From Halarcobacter sp. (GTDB lineage Bacteria; Campylobacterota; Campylobacteria; Campylobacterales; Arcobacteraceae), in contig CP182352.1 of the NCBI GenBank assembly GCA_048571215.1, forward strand, positions 3,540,373-3,604,372: 64,000 nt of DNA. Reading direction: 5' to 3'. The notes below the pieces were generated by a model. That model was not told the origin of the DNA and did no database searches. It worked only from the letters and a program-made list of their open reading frames with translations. Shown in pieces: positions 8,835-16,480 of this stretch. The position numbers and the translations under genes were made by a program. Within the stretch, counting starts at the first letter, position 1; each line of letters starts with the position of its first letter.

Positions 8835-10646
8835 CTAATCTTTATATTTTTCATGAATTTCAACAATCTCATCAAAAGAGTCAATAAAAGCTTTTACACA
8901 TTTTGGATCAAAATGTGTACCACTTTGTTTTATTATAATCTCTTTTGCTTTTGATGCTGGCATACTATTTTTATAACATCTTTTTGAAACTAAAGCATCA
9001 AATACATCAGCAATTGCAACAATTCTTGCAAATAGAGGTATTTCATTCTCTTTTAATTTTTGTGGATAGCCAGTTCCATCCCATTTTTCATGGTGATAAA
9101 GTGCTATAACTCTTCCATTTTCCATTAGATTTGAGCTTGGATTATCTAAGATATTGGCACCTATTTTTGAGTGTGTTTCCATTACAACTCTTTCTTCAGG
9201 GGATAATTTTGCAGGTTTCATTAAGATATTATCGGGAATGGCAAGTTTACCTATATCGTGCATACCACTTGCATGTTTTAAAATATAAAGGTCATCATCA
9301 CTAAGATTAAGTTTTTTCCCAATAGCTACACAATAATAACCTATTCTTTTGATATGCTCAGCCGTATCTGTATCTTTGAATTCAGAAGCAATAGCAAGTC
9401 TTAATAACGTGTCTGTATAAGCTTTTTTTAGACTATTTTTCATCTTATTAGATGCATTGATTGTTTCATTAAACTCAGTAAATATTGTTGGTTTTAAATC
9501 TGGGATATTAAGATTTAAATTATTCAACTCTTTTGCCATATATTGCAGTTTTTGTATAGAATTATTTATTGACCTTGCAACAAAATATCCAATAATAATA
9601 AATAAAAAACCAAATATTATAGTAATTAAAATATTTAGTTGTTGATTTCTTTTTATAGTTCCCAAATAGTCATCTTCTGGCAAATACATACCTATTATCC
9701 ACTTTATATTATTCATATTAAAGGGTATAAATAGACTATGATATGTGGTGCCATCGTCTGTTGTAAAAGTTAAATATTCTCTTTTGTTTATATTAAATCC
9801 ATTCTTAGCTTTAATTATATTGTATGCTTTTAATGCAATCTCATCTCCAAGTTGATGAATATCTTTTAACTCCGATTTATTTTCTTTTTTTATAACAACA
9901 TTTTTATTTGGAAAAGCCATCATTTTTAATGTATCATCCATCATAAAAACTTTACTATTTTTACTTATTTTAAGACTTGTGATAAATTTTGTTAATTCAC
10001 TTATCTCTATATCTACTCCAATAACACCTTCAAACTCATTATTTGAATTATAAATTGGAGATGCAGTTGTTATTCCTAACTTTTGAGAAGTAAAAAAGAT
10101 ATATGGATTTGTCCAAATTAAACTTTTTTTCTCTACTGCTTTTTTAAACCAAATTCTAGATCTTGGGTCATATAGCCCTTTAGATGTTGTTTTTTCTAAA
10201 ATATTTTTCATTGTATTATCATATTGAATTTTTAAAGCTACTTTTTCCCCTAATTCATTTGTAAAAACTCTTTTTGCAAAATAACCTTTTTTATTTTTTA
10301 ATAACATTGTAAAATTACTATTTTTATTTCCATAATAGAGGGCTGAAAACTCTTTATTTATTTGTAGCTGTTCATAAAAGTAGTGAATCATCAAGTTAAA
10401 ATCTTTGCTATTTACAACTTTATTTGAAGCTAATCTTTGTGATAAATTTGCGGCATCTTTCGCTTTATACATAAACTGTTTTGATTTGTCTAATGCAAAA
10501 TCGGAAATATTTAACATAATTTGATTTGCATGTTTTAACATAGATTGTTTTGATGAATAGTATGATGAAAATACAATAATACTAATTAAGAAAAAAGTAC
10601 CTAAAACTAATCCTATCATTAATAAAGTTTTTATTGATAATCTCAA
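8835..10646 (-). CDS. Membrane Cache-sensor / HAMP / HD-GYP domain protein (putative c-di-GMP phosphodiesterase)
   Basis: N-terminal TM, roughly 300-aa periplasmic Cache-like region, second TM, then HD-GYP motifs (MHDIGKLAIPDNIL, HHEKWDGTGYP). Confidence 0.85.
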   Translation of the reverse strand: MRLSIKTLLMIGLVLGTFFLISIIVFSSYYSSKQSMLKHANQIMLNISDFALDKSKQFMYKAKDAANLSQRLASNKVVNSKDFNLMIHYFYEQLQINKEFSALYYGNKNSNFTMLLKNKKGYFAKRVFTNELGEKVALKIQYDNTMKNILEKTTSKGLYDPRSRIWFKKAVEKKSLIWTNPYIFFTSQKLGITTASPIYNSNNEFEGVIGVDIEISELTKFITSLKISKNSKVFMMDDTLKMMAFPNKNVVIKKENKSELKDIHQLGDEIALKAYNIIKAKNGFNINKREYLTFTTDDGTTYHSLFIPFNMNNIKWIIGMYLPEDDYLGTIKRNQQLNILITIIFGFLFIIIGYFVARSINNSIQKLQYMAKELNNLNLNIPDLKPTIFTEFNETINASNKMKNSLKKAYTDTLLRLAIASEFKDTDTAEHIKRIGYYCVAIGKKLNLSDDDLYILKHASGMHDIGKLAIPDNILMKPAKLSPEERVVMETHSKIGANILDNPSSNLMENGRVIALYHHEKWDGTGYPQKLKENEIPLFARIVAIADVFDALVSKRCYKNSMPASKAKEIIIKQSGTHFDPKCVKAFIDSFDEIVEIHEKYKD

Positions 10647-10895
10647 TTGAACTCCTAGTATTAAGCTCTTAAGTTAGTATAGTATAAATAAGATTAATTT
10701 ATAATTGCATAAATTATAGTTATCTAAAAGTTCAATATTCTATAGTTTATTAAGAGATAAATAGATAATTTTTATTTAAATTATGACAAATTTATAAATT
10801 TCTTTATATTATAAGTTCAGCTTATGTAATATTAAGTTTATTTTTAACTTTAATGCGTATAATTACTTTGATTAATTTCATGCATATCTATAGTT

Positions 10896-10933
10896 AAAAA
10901 GGGCTCATCTGTAAAAGATGAGCCCTTTTTTTT
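10896..10933. terminator. Orphan bidirectional rho-independent terminator in a 456-bp intergenic region
   Basis: A5, then GGGCTCATCT-GTAAA-AGATGAGCCC, then T8. This is a perfect 10-bp GC-containing stem, and no annotated ORF ends nearby. Confidence 0.6.
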
Positions 10934-11102
10934 AATATTATTATTACTTATAGTAATAATAATATTGCAATAATAATATTAAACTAATATAGTTACTATC
11001 AAATTTTATTTCTAGATTTTCATTTGAACTCATAACCTTTAATCTTGTTGTTAATAAGGATATAATAAAATAATTACTTATTTTAAAACTAAAGAGAGAG
11101 AT

Positions 11103-12434
11103 ATGAAAAGAGTTAAGTTTTTACTGATAACAATTTTATGTGTATTTACTGTAGGCTGTGCTGATAAGGGTGAAAAACTTCTTACTGAAATAAAGCCAAT
11201 GGATAGAGAAAATATAATTCAAAAATCTACAATTCATGATGCAGTTAGAATAAATGATTTAAAGTTAGTTGATTATTTCATAAAAAGTGGTACAGATATT
11301 AATACAAAAGATAAATTTGGTTATACCCCTTTACATCTTGCTGCAAGATTTAATCACCTAGATATCGCAAAACTACTGATAAAAAATGGTGCAGATATAA
11401 ACACACAAGATAAATATTTTGATACTCCACTTATAGACTCAACAAGAAATGGTTATTCTGCAATGTCTGAATTACTTATTTGCAATGGTGCTAAAAGAGA
11501 TATGGTAGATAAATATAAAATGACCCCTTCTGATTATGCATTAAGAGCAAATGATACAAGATTATCAAAGCTTTTAAAACTTAAAGACCTAAGTGGATAT
11601 TGTCAAAATAAGATAAAAAAAGAGAAAAAAATTGAAGTTGAGAAAGATAATAACTCAAATGAAAATGGTACTTCGATAAATATTGATGATCATGCAATCA
11701 TAAATCAAAGTAAACCCCTAATTTGTGGTGATATTATTGACCCTACGGTTCTTCAAATTCAAGTTTCACTTGATGAAGGGAAAACTGTATATGATGCAAA
11801 TTTAGATAATGAAAACAAAAGATGGTGTGCAAAAATACCTACTAAGCTTGAAGCAGGTGATTATAATATCGCTGCAATATCTATAAACAAATTTAATAAA
11901 ATGAGTAGAGTAGATGATGATTTTAAAATCGAGTTTTCTTCTAAACTTTTTGATTCTTTGAAAAATGAGTTTAAAGATGATTTTAAAAAATGGAATTTAG
12001 TATTATTAGAAGATAATAATATTTTAAGATTCAAAAACCCTTCATCTATGTTTTCAAGGGGACGAGATAATATAAGTGAAAAATATCAAAAGATATTTAA
12101 TGACTTTTTCCCAAGATATATAAAGATTATAGAAAAACATAAAAATGAGATTAAATCTATTTTTGTTGAGGGACATACCTCTTCAAGATATAGAACTGCA
12201 AAAACAAAAGAGGAAAAGTTTGAAAAAAATAGAATACTTTCTCAAAAAAGAGCAAATGAAGTTTTATCATTTTTAAAAAATATTAATGATTCAAGGGTGC
12301 ACGAAAATTTAGGCTTAATAGATGAACTTTTCACAGCAAAGGGGATGTCTTCATCACAATTAATTTATAATGAAGATGGAAGTGAAAATATTGAAGCTTC
12401 AAGAAGAGTTGAATTTAAAATAGAATTAAAATAG
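11103..12434 (+). CDS. Lipoprotein with ankyrin repeats and C-terminal OmpA/MotB-like peptidoglycan-binding domain
   Basis: Signal peptide with Cys (FTVGC). ANK repeats (GYTPLHLAARFNHLDIAKLLIKNGADIN). C-terminus EGHTSS...LSQKRANEV...ASRRVEFKI. Paralog of 44719..46056. Confidence 0.7.
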   Translation: MKRVKFLLITILCVFTVGCADKGEKLLTEIKPMDRENIIQKSTIHDAVRINDLKLVDYFIKSGTDINTKDKFGYTPLHLAARFNHLDIAKLLIKNGADINTQDKYFDTPLIDSTRNGYSAMSELLICNGAKRDMVDKYKMTPSDYALRANDTRLSKLLKLKDLSGYCQNKIKKEKKIEVEKDNNSNENGTSINIDDHAIINQSKPLICGDIIDPTVLQIQVSLDEGKTVYDANLDNENKRWCAKIPTKLEAGDYNIAAISINKFNKMSRVDDDFKIEFSSKLFDSLKNEFKDDFKKWNLVLLEDNNILRFKNPSSMFSRGRDNISEKYQKIFNDFFPRYIKIIEKHKNEIKSIFVEGHTSSRYRTAKTKEEKFEKNRILSQKRANEVLSFLKNINDSRVHENLGLIDELFTAKGMSSSQLIYNEDGSENIEASRRVEFKIELK

Positions 12435-12449
12435 ATAAGGTCTTATTAT

Positions 12450-15400
12450 ATGGGAAAAGAGGTAGGGTACATAAAAGAGATTATTTTAAAAGTAAGGGAA
12501 TCCCTATCTTTTGGAAGCACTTTTTCAATATCAAATCAAGAACAATTGGCTTATAATCCAAAAATATCTCAAGTTTATATAACTTTATTTCAAGAGGGAT
12601 TAAAGCCAATACGTTGGGGTTCAAGAAAAAAAACACTTGAAGAGTCAATTCAAAGAATTATTTTTAAGCTTAAAACTAATTCTAATTTTTATAATTTTAA
12701 TATAAGTGAAAATACAAAATGTAGAATTTTGTTTGAGATGGTTACTAAAGAGTATCCTTGTAATATTAGAAATTTAACTACAATGAATATGGATTCGCCA
12801 AATAGATTTGAATCAGGAGTAAATGGTTTAAAGTATAAATATAATGCACAAACAAGATTTTTTATGCCAACTGATGGATATACAAAATCGATTATGAGTG
12901 TAAATCAGCTTTTGAATTATTTATCAAAACAGTGTGGGATATCAAAAAAAACAAATAAGATTAGTGAACGGGTTCATTTAATGAGAAGAGAGCCAATTGA
13001 GTACACTTTTATAGAATCTATAGCCTTTATAACTTATGGTGACGAAGTGTTAAAACTTGAAAGAGGCTATCCTTTACCTATTGATTTTAATAAAGATATA
13101 ATTTATGACAAGATGATGAAAAGTGTTGATTGGTTAATAAAAAATATGAATAATGATGGTAGTTTTTTATACTATTATGATCCATATAAAGACACAATTG
13201 TAGATGATATGCATCCTAAGATGATAAACCCTTTATATAACAATATATTAAGACATAGTGGAGGAACAATCTCTTTATTAAGAGCTTATGAATTAAGTGA
13301 TAATAAAATTTATTTACAAAAAGCAAAAGAGTCTATAGAGTTTTTAATAACTACATTTAAAGAACATCAATATAATAATCAGTATGCTTGTTTCCCATTT
13401 TTTAATAAAAAATCAAAATTAGGTGGTGCAGGGATTGGTTTAGTAGCAATGATGCACTATTATATGCATACAAAAGATGAAAGTTATAGAAAATATTTAG
13501 ATGGTCTTGTAAGACATATTTTAAGTAGAGTTGATGAAAGTGGAGAGCTAATTGGTTATTATATTCATCCCCAATTTAATGAGGGAAAACCTTTAATAAA
13601 TCCAAGTGATGAAGTTAAGAAAAATTTATTTTCTTTCTATTATCCTGGGGAAGCACTTTTAGGTCTTGCTTTATATTATCTTTATATTGATAACATTGAT
13701 GAAGAGTTGAAGAGTGATATAAAAGAAAAGAGTGAAAAAGCCTTAGACTTTTTAGTTGATATTAGACCTATAAAATATGATTATATGTTTGATACACTAC
13801 CCGCTGATGCTTGGCTTATGCAAGCGATTGAAGAGTGGGTTAAAGTTGATGGTTTAAAAAAACAAAGCTATATTGATTTTGTTTTTAATGATACTAAGCA
13901 GATGTTTGAACATATGTATAAAGAAGAGAACACTTTAGCAACAAATAAAGACTATATAGGTGGATTTTATTATGAATATGGTGATCATGTTTATCATGAT
14001 GCATCGAGATGTGAAGGGGTTGTTAGCGCCTACTATTTAGCAAAATATTTAAAAGATGAAAATAAAGCTTCTTGGATAATGGAAAATATGATCTTAAGTG
14101 CAAAGGGTTTAATGAAAACATTTCATGATGAAAAATCTGTTTATGCCCATATAAATCCAGAAAAAGCGCTTCATAGTTTTAGATTTAAACTCACAAGACA
14201 GTGGGTTAGGGTTGATTCAGTTCAACACGCTTCATGTTTTTTTGCTAGATTAATCCCTGTTTTTGATGACAAAAAAAAATTAGATAATAATATATTAAAT
14301 AAATATGAGATTGTAGATACTATTGATAAAGCAGGGTATAGTACCGTGTATCTAGTAAAAGACAAGTCATCAAAGCTTTTTGCTATGAAGAAAATAGAAC
14401 AAACCAGATATTTAAGATTAATAGAAAATGAGATTAAATTTTTAAGAGTTTTAAATGAATTTAACAGTTTAAAATTTATTGAAGTTATAAAAAATGGTGA
14501 AGAGCTTTATTTAATATTTGATTATGCAGAAGCTGGAAATTTAAAAAAACATGTTGAAAAAAATGCAGTTTTATCAGATGAAGAAACTTTTGAGTATTTG
14601 AAGCAGATGTTAGAAGTTTTGAATTTTATTAATCAAAAAGGGATTTTGCATTTAGATTTGAAACCTGCAAATACCTTAATTTATAATAAAAAGTTTATTT
14701 TGGCTGATTGGGGTAATGCGGAAAAAACAAGAGTATCAAAAAGTGTACATCTAAAAGGAAATCCAATCTATATTGCTCCAGAGTTTTATTGGGGGGAAAG
14801 AACTATCTCCTCAGAGATTTATTCTTTAGGTTGCTCTTTATATTTTTTATTAACAGGTAAACATATTTACAGTTTACGAAATAGATATTCATTACTTCAA
14901 AAGATATATTCAAGTTTATATTTTCATGCAGATTTATCTGAAATAAAATCAAATAAGATGAAATATATTTTGGGTAGAATGTTAGAAAAAGAGCCTCAAA
15001 AAAGAATCGGTTTAGATGAATTAAATAAAGAGTTAAAAAAAGATGAAAGTGCTTTTGAAGATTTTTTATATATAAAATATAAAAATGAACAAGTAGATTT
15101 TTCAGATGAGGAAAAACTTTATGATAAAATGTTAAAAGATAATATTCCTTTTTTATTTAATGAAAAAGGCAGATTGTTTATAAAACAAGGTGAATTTCAA
15201 AAAGCTTATGAGATGTTTGAAAAAGGTGCAAAGGCGGGATATGTAAATGCACAATTAAATCTTGCATTGATGCATTATAATAAAAAATATGAGATCCTAG
15301 ATTTAAAAAAGGCATTTTATTGGATAGAAAAAGCTTCACAAGTTGAATATGACAAGGCTCAATATTTTATGGGAATATTTTACGAAAATGGTCTATATGT

Positions 15401-15518
15401 AGATAAAGATTTAGAAAAAGCTATTTTTTGGTTTAAAAAATCTGCACGAAATGCATATAGAAAAGCTTATACAAAACTGGATAAGTACAATATTAAATTG
15501 GAGGTAAATTTAAAATGA
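12450..15518 (+). CDS. Multidomain protein: AMMECR1-like N-terminus, alpha/alpha-toroid-like middle, Hanks-type Ser/Thr kinase, C-terminal Sel1/TPR repeats
   Basis: Kinase motifs LFAMKKI, HLDLKPANTL, LADWGNA, IYIAPEF. Sel1-like repeats (GYVNAQLNLALMHY, YDKAQYFMGIFYENG). The N-terminal calls rest on weaker pattern matches (VYITLFQEG..IRWGS; GGAGIGLVAMMHYY; YYPGEALLGLALYY). Confidence 0.6.
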   Translation: MGKEVGYIKEIILKVRESLSFGSTFSISNQEQLAYNPKISQVYITLFQEGLKPIRWGSRKKTLEESIQRIIFKLKTNSNFYNFNISENTKCRILFEMVTKEYPCNIRNLTTMNMDSPNRFESGVNGLKYKYNAQTRFFMPTDGYTKSIMSVNQLLNYLSKQCGISKKTNKISERVHLMRREPIEYTFIESIAFITYGDEVLKLERGYPLPIDFNKDIIYDKMMKSVDWLIKNMNNDGSFLYYYDPYKDTIVDDMHPKMINPLYNNILRHSGGTISLLRAYELSDNKIYLQKAKESIEFLITTFKEHQYNNQYACFPFFNKKSKLGGAGIGLVAMMHYYMHTKDESYRKYLDGLVRHILSRVDESGELIGYYIHPQFNEGKPLINPSDEVKKNLFSFYYPGEALLGLALYYLYIDNIDEELKSDIKEKSEKALDFLVDIRPIKYDYMFDTLPADAWLMQAIEEWVKVDGLKKQSYIDFVFNDTKQMFEHMYKEENTLATNKDYIGGFYYEYGDHVYHDASRCEGVVSAYYLAKYLKDENKASWIMENMILSAKGLMKTFHDEKSVYAHINPEKALHSFRFKLTRQWVRVDSVQHASCFFARLIPVFDDKKKLDNNILNKYEIVDTIDKAGYSTVYLVKDKSSKLFAMKKIEQTRYLRLIENEIKFLRVLNEFNSLKFIEVIKNGEELYLIFDYAEAGNLKKHVEKNAVLSDEETFEYLKQMLEVLNFINQKGILHLDLKPANTLIYNKKFILADWGNAEKTRVSKSVHLKGNPIYIAPEFYWGERTISSEIYSLGCSLYFLLTGKHIYSLRNRYSLLQKIYSSLYFHADLSEIKSNKMKYILGRMLEKEPQKRIGLDELNKELKKDESAFEDFLYIKYKNEQVDFSDEEKLYDKMLKDNIPFLFNEKGRLFIKQGEFQKAYEMFEKGAKAGYVNAQLNLALMHYNKKYEILDLKKAFYWIEKASQVEYDKAQYFMGIFYENGLYVDKDLEKAIFWFKKSARNAYRKAYTKLDKYNIKLEVNLK

Positions 15519-16480
15519 AAACTTTTTTTTTAATTCTATTATTAACTATTTCTTTAAATGCAGGATGGAAAACACAAAGGGAAAATCTTGATAAGGTTTA
15601 TATTTTAGGAGATTTTAGAGTTTTTTATACTTTAAAAGGAAAGGATGCCCTTCCTAGAAAAAATAGAGTGGATTTAAATAAAAACTCTATTCCTGATTAT
15701 GTAGAAAATATTGCACAAAGATTAAATGTAACAAAAGAACTTTATACAAAAATATTGGGGTTTCAAGATCCTCTAAAATCAAAAAGATATAGAGGGGTAA
15801 AATATATTGATATACATATTTTAAATTCAAAACATAGTTCATCAGGAGATGCTGTTGTAACTTTTAACTATAAAATTTTAGATAAAGAAGATGAAGTTAT
15901 AAGTATGAAAATAAGAAACAATCTTGATAAAGATACTTTAACTCCTTCCCATGAATATTTTCACTTGCTTCAAAATAGTTATAGTATGTTTAAAAATAGA
16001 TGGTATACAGAAGGTACTGCAAGATGGTCTGAAAGAGTATTTAAAAAAGGTACTGGTAAAAGAGGAATATTACCCCAAAATTCAAGATCTTTAGATGTAT
16101 TATTAGATATGACATATGATGCAAAGGGATTTTGGAGAAAATTAGCTTACCTTTGTGATACAAATAATGGGAGTTTTGTAAATAGTCTAAATCTTAAAAC
16201 AGATGTACCAAATTATCCAAACTTGATAGAAGACAGAAGGATTTATGGTTATGAATTTATAAGAGTCTTTTTAGAAAATTTGGACAAACAAGATAATATT
16301 GTTTCTAAAAAAAGAGGTTATGGTGAGTTTGATTGGAGTGAAAAAAATCAAAAATATAATGAAGACAACAACAAGTATATTTTAAAAGCTGTAGTTGATA
16401 CTATAAATACAGTTTGTCCAAAAACAAATCAAGAGATAAACAATTTTAAAATTGTTGCAAAAGATTATATTAGAAGATAA
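15515..16480 (+). CDS. Secreted protein with HExxH motif (putative zinc metallopeptidase)
   Basis: Signal peptide MKTFFLILLLTISLNAG. HEYFH motif followed by WYTEGTARW. Start overlaps the upstream stop (ATGA). Confidence 0.4.
   Translation: MKTFFLILLLTISLNAGWKTQRENLDKVYILGDFRVFYTLKGKDALPRKNRVDLNKNSIPDYVENIAQRLNVTKELYTKILGFQDPLKSKRYRGVKYIDIHILNSKHSSSGDAVVTFNYKILDKEDEVISMKIRNNLDKDTLTPSHEYFHLLQNSYSMFKNRWYTEGTARWSERVFKKGTGKRGILPQNSRSLDVLLDMTYDAKGFWRKLAYLCDTNNGSFVNSLNLKTDVPNYPNLIEDRRIYGYEFIRVFLENLDKQDNIVSKKRGYGEFDWSEKNQKYNEDNNKYILKAVVDTINTVCPKTNQEINNFKIVAKDYIRR

Noticed and set aside
12450-15518. Class III/IV lanthipeptide synthetase (kinase + cyclase-like toroid).
   Set aside because: The domain order is wrong, with the toroid-like region N-terminal to the kinase. 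There is no lyase domain, Sel1 repeats sit at the C-terminus, and no small Cys/Ser/Thr-rich precursor ORF was seen nearby.
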